Shown here: in pieces, positions 14,761 to 23,667 of the stretch
Position numbering within the stretch: the stretch's first letter is position 1
Layout: the number at the start of each line of letters is the position of its first letter
Origin: Clostridia bacterium
GTDB taxonomy: Bacteria > Bacillota > Clostridia > Oscillospirales > QAKW01
DNA length: 64,000 nt
Reading direction: 5' to 3'
Assembly: GCA_017560905.1 (NCBI GenBank)
Contig: JAFZEA010000015.1
Coordinates: forward strand, 7,177 to 71,176
The notes under the pieces: model-generated
Databases searched by the model: none
What the model was told of the DNA's origin: nothing
The model's input: only the letters and a program-made list of their open reading frames with translations
Position numbers and translations under genes: made by a program

Positions 14761-16866
14761 TTATTTGCCCTGCATCTCAAGGAGCGCATCCTTGCGGGAC
14801 AGGTTGTATCTGCCCTTGGAGTCGACCTCCATAAACTTAACCATGATCTCGTCACCCTCGGTCAGCAGATCTTCCACCTTTTCAACACGCTTGGTGTCGA
14901 GCTTTGAAACGTGAACCAGACCCTGCTTGCCGGGTGCGAACTCAACAAAAGCACCAAACTCCATAATTTTAACTACGGTTGCCTTGTAGATAGCACCGAC
15001 TTCGGGCTCAAATACGATACCGTCGATGATGGCCTTGGCCGCATCGGCAGAAGCCTTCTCAGTGGCGGCAATAAATACGCTGCCGTCGTCCTCGATATCG
15101 ATCTTGGCACCGGTGTCAGCTACGATCTTCTGAATGACCTTACCGCCGGAGCCGATGACCTCACGAATCTTCTCGGGGTCGATCTTCATAGTGATAACCT
15201 TGGGAGCGCACTCCTTAACGTCGCTTCTGGGCTCGGAAATCACGGGAGCAATTACGTTGTCCAGGATGTGATAACGGGCATCGCGGGTCTTATGAATGGC
15301 CTCGGTGATGATCTCGCGGGTCAGACCGTCAACCTTGATGTCCATCTGGATAGCGGTGATACCCTTCTTGGTACCGGCTACCTTAAAGTCCATATCGCCG
15401 AAGAAGTCTTCGATACCCTGAATGTCTACCATAGTGATAAAGCTGCCATCCTCACGGGTGATCAGACCGCAGGAAATACCGGCTACGGGAGCCTTGATCG
15501 GTACGCCTGCATCCATCAGAGCCAAAGTAGAGCCGCAGATGGAACCCTGAGAGGTAGAACCGTTGGAGGTCAGAACATCGCTGACGACACGGATGGTGTA
15601 GGGGAACTCCTCAACGGGAGGAATTACGGGCAGCAATGCACGCTCAGCCAGTGCGCCGTGGCCGATCTCACGACGGCCGGGAGAACGAACGGGCTTTGCC
15701 TCGCCGGTGGTGAAGCCGGGCATATTATAATGATGGATATATCTCTTGGAGGTTTCTTCGTCCAGACCGTCCAGAATCTGCTCCTCGGAAATCATACCGA
15801 GTGTGGCGATGCTCAGCACCTGTGTCTTACCTCTGGCAAACATACCGGAGCCGTGAACAGTGGGCAGAATGTCAGTTTCGGCATAAAGTTCACGCATATC
15901 GTTGAGGCCTCTGCCATCAACACGCTTGCCCTCTTCGCTCAGCCAAGTGCGAACGGTCATCTTCTGCAGCTTGTACAGACACTCGTCGATCATAGCGCCG
16001 TCATCGGGATACTTCTCATCCAGAATATCGTGCGCCTTTTTGCAGACCTCAGCGGTCAGCTTGTCACGGGTGATCTTGTCAGCGTTGTCAAAGGCAACCT
16101 TGATATCTTCACCAACGGCTTCCTTAACAGCGTTGTAGATCTCTTCGTTTACGGCGCAGGACTCGAAGGTAAACTTCTCTTTGCCGATCTCGGCAACGAT
16201 AGAATTAATAAACTCAACCAACTTGGCATTCTCGGCGTGACCGGCCATAATGCCCTCGATCATAACGTCTTCGTCAACCTCGTTGGCGCCGGCTTCGATC
16301 ATGGTGACCTTGGCGGCGGAAGAAGCAACGGTAACAGCCATCTGAGAAGCCTCTCTCTGTGCGGCATCGGGGTTGAAGACATACTCGCCGTCAATAAGAC
16401 CTACACTGACACCGGAGATAGGACCGTTAAAGGGAATGTCAGAAATAGACAGAGCGATGGAAGCGCCGATCATACCGACGATTTCCGGAATGGCATCCTT
16501 ATCGGTGCTCATTACGCACAGATGAACGCTGACATCGTTGCGCATATCCTTGGGGAACAAGGGACGGATGGAACGGTCGATAACACGGGAAGACAGAATC
16601 GCCTTCTCGCTGGGACGACCCTCTCTCTTGAGGAAGCCGCCCGGAATCTTACCGGCCGCATACATTCTCTCCTCAAAGTCTACACTGAGGGGGAAGAAAT
16701 CAATGCCGTCGCGGGGCTTGGCAGAAGCAGTGGCGTTGGCCAGCACTACGCAGTTGCCGTAACGGATGAGCGCGCTGCCGTTGGACAGCTGGGCAAACTT
16801 ACCGGTTTCTACGATCAGTTCGCGACCGGCAAATTCTGTTTTAAAAATTTTGTGGTTTTCGTACAT
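14761..16866 (-). CDS. pnp: Polyribonucleotide nucleotidyltransferase (PNPase)
   Basis: 701 aa from ATG 16866 (AAGGAGG upstream; MYENHKIFKTEFAGRELIVETGKFA). Two RNase PH domains, a KH domain (GSGGKVIQKI) and an S1 domain (GAIYKATVVKIMEFGAFVEF). Confidence 0.95.
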   Translation of the reverse strand: MYENHKIFKTEFAGRELIVETGKFAQLSNGSALIRYGNCVVLANATASAKPRDGIDFFPLSVDFEERMYAAGKIPGGFLKREGRPSEKAILSSRVIDRSIRPLFPKDMRNDVSVHLCVMSTDKDAIPEIVGMIGASIALSISDIPFNGPISGVSVGLIDGEYVFNPDAAQREASQMAVTVASSAAKVTMIEAGANEVDEDVMIEGIMAGHAENAKLVEFINSIVAEIGKEKFTFESCAVNEEIYNAVKEAVGEDIKVAFDNADKITRDKLTAEVCKKAHDILDEKYPDDGAMIDECLYKLQKMTVRTWLSEEGKRVDGRGLNDMRELYAETDILPTVHGSGMFARGKTQVLSIATLGMISEEQILDGLDEETSKRYIHHYNMPGFTTGEAKPVRSPGRREIGHGALAERALLPVIPPVEEFPYTIRVVSDVLTSNGSTSQGSICGSTLALMDAGVPIKAPVAGISCGLITREDGSFITMVDIQGIEDFFGDMDFKVAGTKKGITAIQMDIKVDGLTREIITEAIHKTRDARYHILDNVIAPVISEPRSDVKECAPKVITMKIDPEKIREVIGSGGKVIQKIVADTGAKIDIEDDGSVFIAATEKASADAAKAIIDGIVFEPEVGAIYKATVVKIMEFGAFVEFAPGKQGLVHVSKLDTKRVEKVEDLLTEGDEIMVKFMEVDSKGRYNLSRKDALLEMQGK

Positions 16867-16996
16867 TTGATGTACCTCCTTAATTCTTATTTTTAAGAGA
16901 AAAGGAGATTTCAGCACTTACATCGCCCGACAAAACGCTTTTGCAAGGTCATGTAACTGCTAAAAAGCTCCGCTTTCTCCTTGTTACTTTTTGCAG

Positions 16997-17030
16997 AAAC
17001 AGGCACAAACCCGTAAGTTTGTGCCTGTTT
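16997..17030 (-). promoter_or_regulatory. rpsO-pnp intergenic stem-loop (attenuator or processing hairpin)
   Basis: AAACAGGCACAAAC-ccgtaa-GTTTGTGCCTGTTT, a 14-bp perfect stem 7 nt after the rpsO stop. It has no clear U-tract on the minus strand. Confidence 0.5.
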
Positions 17031-17037
17031 TATGCGA

Positions 17038-17304
17038 TTACTTTCTGATACCGAGCTTCTCGATAATAGCACGATAACGGTTGATGTCCTTCTTGATCAG
17101 ATAGTTCAGCAGGTTACGACGGTTACCGACCATCTTGAGCAGGCCGCGACGGGAATGATGGTCGTGGGGATGCTGCTTGAGATGCTCAGTCAGCTCGTTG
17201 ATGCGAGCGGTCAGAATTGCGATCTGAACTTCGGGAGAACCGGTATCGGTGCCATGAAGCTTGTTAGCCTCGATGACCTGATTTTTGATTTCCTTCTTAA
17301 TCAT
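17038..17304 (-). CDS. rpsO: 30S ribosomal protein S15
   Basis: 88 aa from ATG 17304: [69 protein letters not shown]. The ORF-track start 17364 is an upstream extension. Confidence 0.95.
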   Translation of the reverse strand: MIKKEIKNQVIEANKLHGTDTGSPEVQIAILTARINELTEHLKQHPHDHHSRRGLLKMVGNRRNLLNYLIKKDINRYRAIIEKLGIRK

Positions 17305-17391
17305 CTTATCTTTCACCTTTCTATAAAATTCAGCCGTATCACAGACGACGGACGGTGATTCCAATCTCCGAGGTACGGTCAGCGATTGGTT

Positions 17392-17420
17392 ATTATACTA
17401 TATATTTTTTCAAATGTAAA
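17392..17420 (-). promoter_or_regulatory. Candidate rpsO promoter with structured leader
   Basis: Minus strand has TTTACA (17420-17415), a 17-nt spacer and TATAAT (17397-17392). An 85-nt leader follows, with CCAATC...GATTGG and CCGT...ACGG pairings. Confidence 0.55.
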
Positions 17421-17509
17421 GGGGTTTTATGAAAAAAAGTATGCGATATGGAGAACAAAGTCCTTCGTACAGTTGTTCGTCGGAAACACCGATGTCGCAA
17501 TTCCTCATA

Positions 17510-18877
17510 TCATTCATCTTTTCCCAGTTCATTGATATCGGGTTTTTCTTCTCTTTCCACAGGGCTGAGATAAGATTCCGGCACCTTGGCCTTGATATCC
17601 AATATTTCCTCGGTCAGTTTGGCGGTATCGTCACGCAATGCACCGGTAACACGGATATTGCGCTCACGATCCAGAATAACCAAACCGTCCACGTTCATAG
17701 CAATATCGTAGACATTCTCTGCAATCAGAGTCGGCGTGTTGAAATAAGCCGTCGCATCCAACGACAGACAGTGCTTATCATTGGCGCCCCAAGCATATAC
17801 CTTACCTTCTTCGGTAAGATACGCCGCACTTTTGTCGGAAGCTACGATCTTAATGGCGCCGCCGGCAATTTTGGTGGGTGTGGCGGTACCGTTTTTGGAG
17901 CCGTTACCGCATTGACCCAAGGTATTGCGACCGCAGGTATATACGTCGCCGTTCTGCGCCAGAATAACACTGAAAAAGTTGCCCACTGCCGCTTCGCGTA
18001 CGCCGCCCATAATCTTAATGGGAGCGCTGACATTTGCCATCGTACCGTCGCCGAGCTGAGAATCGGAATTGTCACCCGTGGCATACAGATTTCCGAAAAT
18101 GTCCACCATCATAGCGTGGGTCTCGCTGGCGCTGACCGACACGATATCCGAACGGATATACGTAGCGGCGGTCTTGTTTTTACTGGAAGAGTCGCCCATC
18201 TGACCGTACTCGTTGAGTCCCAGTGCATACAGGTCCTGCCCCTCCGTCACATAAAACAATGTGTTACCGTTACAGAAAAAGCTGCCTACGTTTTTGGCCA
18301 GCTGACCACTGTAAATCTTACTGTCGGTATCGTACATCATAAAGGGAAACGTGCCGTCGGCGTACAACCGTCCGTCCAGACCCAGCTGTAACGTCATTAC
18401 CGTCTGTTCTCCTAATGAAAGGGTCTGGTAATGTGCCGTATTTTTACCGCGGTTGATCCAGCGATAAGATGTTTCACCCTCGCTGTTTTCAGTGGCCTCG
18501 TAAACGAACCACTCTCCCCTATCGTTTTGCAAAGAGATACATTCGTCATCCGCATACACGGAGGAAGGCAGGTAAAGATATGCTTTTTCTTCTCCGCCGC
18601 CGGACAAAACCGTGGCATAGGTATCCGTTAGGTCATATGCCGCATCGCCTGCCAACCGCCCCTGAATCTGACCGGGCAAAAAGTTGACCACCAACAGTAC
18701 GATGGCCGTCACAAACGCCACGACCGACAGGATCGCCGTATTACGGCAACGTCTGATCAACAACTGTTTGGCACGAGGCGTACGGGTACGCTTGATGTTA
18801 CTGCCCATAATAACGGCACTGACCACAAAGACACCGCCGATGAGTATAATAAAAATTGCAAGTATCGTCAATAACAT
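17510..18877 (-). CDS. Membrane-anchored RCC1-repeat (beta-propeller) protein, paralog 2
   Basis: N-terminal TM helices (LLTILAIFIILIGGVFVVSAVI; AILSVVAFVTAIVLLVV). RCC1 signatures follow: LNEYGQMGD, GDNSDSQLGDG, GRNTLGQCGNG, WGANDKHCL. The start is set at ATG 18877 (AGGGGG RBS 7 nt upstream) rather than 18904. Confidence 0.75.
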   Translation of the reverse strand: MLLTILAIFIILIGGVFVVSAVIMGSNIKRTRTPRAKQLLIRRCRNTAILSVVAFVTAIVLLVVNFLPGQIQGRLAGDAAYDLTDTYATVLSGGGEEKAYLYLPSSVYADDECISLQNDRGEWFVYEATENSEGETSYRWINRGKNTAHYQTLSLGEQTVMTLQLGLDGRLYADGTFPFMMYDTDSKIYSGQLAKNVGSFFCNGNTLFYVTEGQDLYALGLNEYGQMGDSSSKNKTAATYIRSDIVSVSASETHAMMVDIFGNLYATGDNSDSQLGDGTMANVSAPIKIMGGVREAAVGNFFSVILAQNGDVYTCGRNTLGQCGNGSKNGTATPTKIAGGAIKIVASDKSAAYLTEEGKVYAWGANDKHCLSLDATAYFNTPTLIAENVYDIAMNVDGLVILDRERNIRVTGALRDDTAKLTEEILDIKAKVPESYLSPVEREEKPDINELGKDE

Positions 18878-18881
18878 AGCA

Positions 18882-20249
18882 TTACCCCCTGACTGCAACC
18901 ACATCTTTGGGCGTCAAATGCGCATCTCCCGGTTTGCCCAGCTGTCCGTAGCTATTGTCACCGCAAACATACAGTTTATCGGAGCTGATGATGACCAGAT
19001 GGTCAGCAGAAGCACTGACGGCCGTAACCTTATCCATAATTTCAGTCGGCGCAGCCGTATTTTTGGTGCCGCCCTGTCCTAATTGACCGCAGTGATTCTG
19101 TCCCCAGGTATAGAGCTTGCCCTCAGAGAGATACCAGCCGCTCTTGCCGCCGGCACCAATGGCATCTGCGTCGGTTGCCACCTCACTGAACGTGAGATAT
19201 ATTTCCTCGGTTTCTTCTTTTTCTTCATCCAATGTACGGCCAAGCTGTCCGCAACCGTTTGCACCGCAGCTTTTGACCGTGCCGCTTTTTGTCAGGATCA
19301 ACGAAAAGTCCGTGCCTGCCGCAATGGCTTTACAGTCAGCGGCGATTTGCCGAAGCGAAACGGCGCCCGTTTCTCCCGTCAGTCCCAATGCACCGACGGT
19401 GTTGTCGCCGCAAGCGAAAACGTCACCGTTTTGCTTGAGCACCAGCAGATGCCGTCCACCGCAAGCGATGTCGGCGGCAGTTGAGCATAACCACAAAGGC
19501 TCTTCCGAAGCGGCACCGCCCGCAGAACCCAACTGCCCGTAAGCATTGCTGCCCCAAACATATACATCTCCGTTGCTTTTAATAAGAGCGCCATAATCGG
19601 GACCGCAGTCCACCTTGGTCACGTTGGCGGCAAATTCCGTCCACTGACCGTCCTGACCGGATTTGTATAATTTGTTGTCTTTTTTCAGCACATAAACGTC
19701 CCGACCCAACTGTGCCACCGAAACGACCTCGCCCATCAGTTCCCCTTTATCTTGCTGCTGCAGATTCAGGTGGTTGTAGCCCCAGCCGTACAAATCGCCG
19801 TCATCGGTAACGACAAACGTGGAATCTGCACCCGCTACCACCTCGATCGGCTTGCCTTTGACGGTTGAGGTGTAGGTCAGTCCCTCGGTAACCGCCGATC
19901 CGATACTTTTTTCATACTGACGGTTTTCCTGCCACTTGGGAATATAGGTGATGAGTTGTACTGCCACCAGTACCAGCAACAGCAAAATACCCAGCACCAC
20001 AAGAGCTTTTCTGGATATACTGGGCAAAGCGCGGATACCGGAGCGAATCAAGTTGGTTTCCTTGCCGTCCTTACGACGGGAAGGCAGATAGCTGACCGCC
20101 AACAGTCCGACGGGTCCCAGCAAGGCGCCTAAAATACCCCACGACGGACGGCGCAGCTTCATTTCGGCGATCTTGGCAGTGAAAAAGGTAAAAAATACCA
20201 TACAGACCGTCACAATATATACTGTAATCACAACAGATATTACGGGCAT
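18882..20249 (-). CDS. Membrane-anchored RCC1-repeat (beta-propeller) protein, paralog 1
   Basis: Three N-terminal TM segments. Repeats follow: WGYNHLN, WGSNAYGQLG, CGDNTVGALG, CGANGCGQLG, WGQNHCGQLG, CGDNSYGQLG. The start is probably ATG 20249 (MPVISVV; GAAAGGGG upstream); the ORF-track GTG is at 20267. Confidence 0.75.
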   Translation of the reverse strand: MPVISVVITVYIVTVCMVFFTFFTAKIAEMKLRRPSWGILGALLGPVGLLAVSYLPSRRKDGKETNLIRSGIRALPSISRKALVVLGILLLLVLVAVQLITYIPKWQENRQYEKSIGSAVTEGLTYTSTVKGKPIEVVAGADSTFVVTDDGDLYGWGYNHLNLQQQDKGELMGEVVSVAQLGRDVYVLKKDNKLYKSGQDGQWTEFAANVTKVDCGPDYGALIKSNGDVYVWGSNAYGQLGSAGGAASEEPLWLCSTAADIACGGRHLLVLKQNGDVFACGDNTVGALGLTGETGAVSLRQIAADCKAIAAGTDFSLILTKSGTVKSCGANGCGQLGRTLDEEKEETEEIYLTFSEVATDADAIGAGGKSGWYLSEGKLYTWGQNHCGQLGQGGTKNTAAPTEIMDKVTAVSASADHLVIISSDKLYVCGDNSYGQLGKPGDAHLTPKDVVAVRG

Positions 20250-20282
20250 AACTGTCGCCCCTTTCACAAAGTCTTTTTAATA

Positions 20283-20311
20283 ATATTACTAAATGTTTTG
20301 AAAAAATGCAA
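20283..20311 (-). promoter_or_regulatory. Candidate promoter of the RCC1 gene pair
   Basis: Minus strand has TTGCAT (20311-20306), a 17-nt spacer and TAATAT (20288-20283). Confidence 0.4.
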
Positions 20312-20413
20312 GAACTAAAAGATTAAGATTGCGGAAAGAAGACCTTTTTTTACCGCTGGCCAAAGAGTTTTCTTCTTTAAAAGGGGGAGGCACACAATAC
20401 TCTATCTTTCGTG

Positions 20414-22492
20414 TCAACCGATCTTTCTGCAGGACAGTAACAAAATCTGTCGCTTTTTGCCCAATTCCTGCAAATGAGAAAACAGGTTGTTCCAACGTTT
20501 TTCGTCCAGATTGAGAAACGGATCGTCAAAGATCAACGGCAAACATTTCTCTCCCTCCACGATCTCTGCGAGCGATAACCGCAGTGCAAGATAGGCGGCA
20601 TCTCTGGTGCCCGCCGAAAAATAGTCCACCGCCCGCAATCCGCCGTCCGCTTTGATGCGCAGAGCAAACTCCTCATCCAGCGTGACCGTTTGATATTTTC
20701 CGTCGGTCAGCATCGACAGCTTCTGCTCCAGCGCCTGCCGCAACAGCGGCGCATAGTTATCCCGTAACGTTTGCTGCGCCGACGTCATAGCCTCTATGGC
20801 GATCATAACGATCTCCAGCGCCGCCTCCGCCTTGGCCAGTTCTTCTTTCATCTGTTGCAGTGCGGCCTGCCGCTCTTCCAGTGCCTGCTGACGGCTTTCC
20901 AGTGCCCGTTGTTCCACAGCGTGATCTGCACTCGTGCGCAGCAGCTGCTCTCTTTCTTCGATCAACAAATTTTGCTGTTTTTGCAAAAGTGCCGCATCTC
21001 CCTGCGGCGGTGTCGGATTTGCGATTTTGGCATCCTCCGCCTCGTCGCCCTCGATCTCCGCCAGACGGGTATGGACATCCTGCAGGCGTTGGCGGGCCAA
21101 CAAGCGGGCGGCGGAAGTGTCTGCAAGCCGCGACAGATCCTGCCGTTCAAATACCGCTGTACGTTGCTGTAAGGGAAGGCATCTTTCTTCCAGAAGTTCT
21201 ATTTCCTTTTGCACGGCGCTCAGCTGTGCCTTTGCTGCGGAAAGCTGTCCGTTTTGCCGCTCTATGTTGCTTTGCTGCCAGAGTGCCATCTGTAGTTGCG
21301 AAGCCAGCTCCTTACGATCGGCGATGCCCCCTTGACGGACCGCCGCAGGCAAAGCTCGTGCTTTTATTGCGATGACGGCGCCGATCGCCGCCAATACACC
21401 GCCCGCAATCAGGCACAACGGCTGCCACAGCGCCGCCGCAATTCCCGCCGCCAATGCCACTGCCGCCGCAACAAGCCCAATGATAAAAGTCGGCGGAGTC
21501 TTAAGAGCATCACGATATTGCAGTGCGATCTGTTCCTTTTGAGATAAAGATATCATCTGCTCCTGCAGTAATGAAACATTGCGCTCCTCTTGTTCTTTTT
21601 TAAAAATAAGCTGCTCTTTCTGACGGAACATTTCCTCCAGACTGTGAGCATCCTCCGCAGAAAGGGCCTCTCCCGCCGCTTGATTTTCAAGCGCCGCGAT
21701 CTGCTCACACAGCTGCGCCCGCTTTTGTTGACGGAGAAACGCTTTGTAAGCACTGTGCTGTTGCAGTTTTTGCTGTAGCTCATCACTCTCAGTTTCGATC
21801 TGCGCCAGCCGATCTTTGATTTTTTGCGCAGGTGTTCTTTGACGAAAGCCTTCTTCCAGCTTGACCTGCTCAAATGCAATAAAGCGTTCGGTTTCTTCTA
21901 TCTCATCCTGCAGTTTTTTGATCTTGCCGCCTGCACCCTTGGGGGAGGAGTATTTCAGCCGATGCTTTTCCAGTGCGGCCATCACCTGATCAAAAGAAAT
22001 CTCCTCACTGCCGGTGGTCACCAGATTTTTCATCGCCACGTCCATACCGGCGGTACGGTGGGGGGTATTAGTGCCTTGTGTAATATAGAAAATATTCAAA
22101 AAAGTTTCACTGTCCACTCCCAGAAAATATTCTCCGGGGGCGTCAATATCCAGCTTTTTGCCGTCTTTGTCCAGCACAGTGACCGTGGTTTTGCCCTTAG
22201 CGGTCTGAGTGCGCTCCAGACGGTATGTTTCGCCCGACTCATCTTCAAATTCCAGTGCGCCTACCACACCGTCTTCGCTGTCCCAGGGCTGATATCTCTC
22301 CAAAAAATTCTCTCTGAGTGTCAGTTTGGCCCTGTTTTTGGCAAATCCGTAAAACATAAAACGAATAAAGTCTGCCATTGTGGTTTTGCCCGACTCATTG
22401 TCCTGACACAGTGCCGCCAGCCCCTCCGACAGCGTGACCTCGGTGTCGCGAAACTTGCCGAAACGGTACATTTCCAGTTTTTTCAGTTTCAC
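20414..22492 (-). CDS. Rad50/SbcC-like AAA ATPase (YhaN/SbcE-like) with a central transmembrane hairpin
   Basis: Walker A QDNESGKTT. About 400 aa of Q/E/L/A-rich coiled coil. C-terminal signature FSAGTRDAAYLALRL and Walker B LPLIFDDPF. Two hydrophobic helices lie mid-protein (FIIGLVAAAVALAAGIAAALW, LCLIAGGVLAAIGAVIAI). It overlaps the upstream nuclease gene by 4 nt. Confidence 0.75.
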   Translation of the reverse strand: MKLKKLEMYRFGKFRDTEVTLSEGLAALCQDNESGKTTMADFIRFMFYGFAKNRAKLTLRENFLERYQPWDSEDGVVGALEFEDESGETYRLERTQTAKGKTTVTVLDKDGKKLDIDAPGEYFLGVDSETFLNIFYITQGTNTPHRTAGMDVAMKNLVTTGSEEISFDQVMAALEKHRLKYSSPKGAGGKIKKLQDEIEETERFIAFEQVKLEEGFRQRTPAQKIKDRLAQIETESDELQQKLQQHSAYKAFLRQQKRAQLCEQIAALENQAAGEALSAEDAHSLEEMFRQKEQLIFKKEQEERNVSLLQEQMISLSQKEQIALQYRDALKTPPTFIIGLVAAAVALAAGIAAALWQPLCLIAGGVLAAIGAVIAIKARALPAAVRQGGIADRKELASQLQMALWQQSNIERQNGQLSAAKAQLSAVQKEIELLEERCLPLQQRTAVFERQDLSRLADTSAARLLARQRLQDVHTRLAEIEGDEAEDAKIANPTPPQGDAALLQKQQNLLIEEREQLLRTSADHAVEQRALESRQQALEERQAALQQMKEELAKAEAALEIVMIAIEAMTSAQQTLRDNYAPLLRQALEQKLSMLTDGKYQTVTLDEEFALRIKADGGLRAVDYFSAGTRDAAYLALRLSLAEIVEGEKCLPLIFDDPFLNLDEKRWNNLFSHLQELGKKRQILLLSCRKIG

Positions 22493-23526
22493 TCAAACGC
22501 CTCCAATCCCAGCCGCAGTGCCGCCTCGAATTTGTGTCGCTCTTCGAGCGGGGCGGCCGCCAGTTTTTCCAGCATTTCACTGACAAAAAAACCGCGCAAA
22601 CTCTGCTCCGATGCCAATTTTTCCACATCTGCCGACAGGGTGGTCTCATCTATGATCTCCACCAAAGCAGGGTATTCCTCCAATGCAGTGGGCATGGCAA
22701 GCGCAGTTTGCCCCACCAGTCGGAAACGAAAAATGTCCCGCTCCTTGTAACGGGAAGCGCTGTTCATCAGCTTGCCCAGTACATCGGCGGCAGACATGGT
22801 TTCGTCAATCTCGATCTTCTCCTCATAAAAGCGGATGCTGTCCGTCACAACCCGTTTCCAAACGGCACCGCCCTCGTTGACTTCTACCTCAAAAAAGCTT
22901 CTCTCTCCCAATTCGTCAAATCCGTGTGACAGGGGAGAGCCGCAGGTTCCTACCAAAGTCTTGCCCACATAGACAGGCTCGGATGTTTTGTGGATATGAC
23001 CCAGCGCGGCATAGCCCAGTCCGCTCTCGGCCAGTGCCGTTTCATCGATGCGATAAGCAGGAGAGGAGTCTCTGAGTGAGCCGTGAAAAATACCCACACT
23101 GCACAGGGAATTCACCCGAAGACCGACCAACGGATGTTGGTTCATACCCTCATAAAAGCTAACGCCCGCAAATACACCATCGGAAGTGGCCACACATTCC
23201 GGCGTCTTACCGAATATATGTACGTTCTCCGACCAATCAACACCCAGATATCCGCCGTCAGTCAGCGGATCGTGGTTGCCTGCGACCATCCAGATACGGA
23301 GCGATGTTTGCTCAAACATAGCTCTGACCGCACCCAATATGGCCGACGACGGGGTAGGGGTATCAAACAGATCCCCCGCAATGACCATATGAGGGATACC
23401 GTTGGATTCGGCATAGCGTATTATTTGCTCCAACACCTGCAGTCCCCCGCGGCGCAACGCTGTTCGGGCGGACGATCCGACAATCGGTGCCGACAGGTGC
23501 AGGTCGGCTGTATGTATAAATCTCAT
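22489..23526 (-). CDS. Metallophosphoesterase, SbcD/Mre11-like DNA repair exonuclease (YhaO/SbcF-like)
   Basis: MRFIHTADLHL, VIAGDLFD, GNHDP and GHIH are the calcineurin-like phosphoesterase motifs. AAGGAG RBS. Confidence 0.8.
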   Translation of the reverse strand: MRFIHTADLHLSAPIVGSSARTALRRGGLQVLEQIIRYAESNGIPHMVIAGDLFDTPTPSSAILGAVRAMFEQTSLRIWMVAGNHDPLTDGGYLGVDWSENVHIFGKTPECVATSDGVFAGVSFYEGMNQHPLVGLRVNSLCSVGIFHGSLRDSSPAYRIDETALAESGLGYAALGHIHKTSEPVYVGKTLVGTCGSPLSHGFDELGERSFFEVEVNEGGAVWKRVVTDSIRFYEEKIEIDETMSAADVLGKLMNSASRYKERDIFRFRLVGQTALAMPTALEEYPALVEIIDETTLSADVEKLASEQSLRGFFVSEMLEKLAAAPLEERHKFEAALRLGLEAFE

Positions 23527-23608
23527 ACGATCACTCCTTTTGCTTTTATCATACCATATCCAAAGCAGAAATTAAACAGCAAATTATAAAAATATTTCTT
23601 GCCCTATG

Positions 23609-23637
23609 TTGCAATTTACATTTTGGTTTAGTATAAT
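23609..23637 (+). promoter_or_regulatory. Candidate sigma-A promoter of the lipoprotein/two-component operon
   Basis: TTGCAA (23609-23614), a 17-nt spacer and TATAAT (23632-23637). Confidence 0.55.
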
Positions 23638-23667
23638 TACTTTGTATAACTATGTTTTGAGGTAAAT

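Noticed and set aside
14911-16896. 661-aa plus-strand ORF antisense to pnp (similarly 47499..49049 vs glyQS, 17429..18391 vs RCC1, 33404..34291 vs nifS, 38711..39607 vs trkH, 42917..43753 and 43347..44135 vs jag/yidC, 61690..62682 vs CaCA)
   Set aside because: All are codon-aligned antisense frames of genes with strong family signatures. None has an RBS or start context, or motifs of its own.
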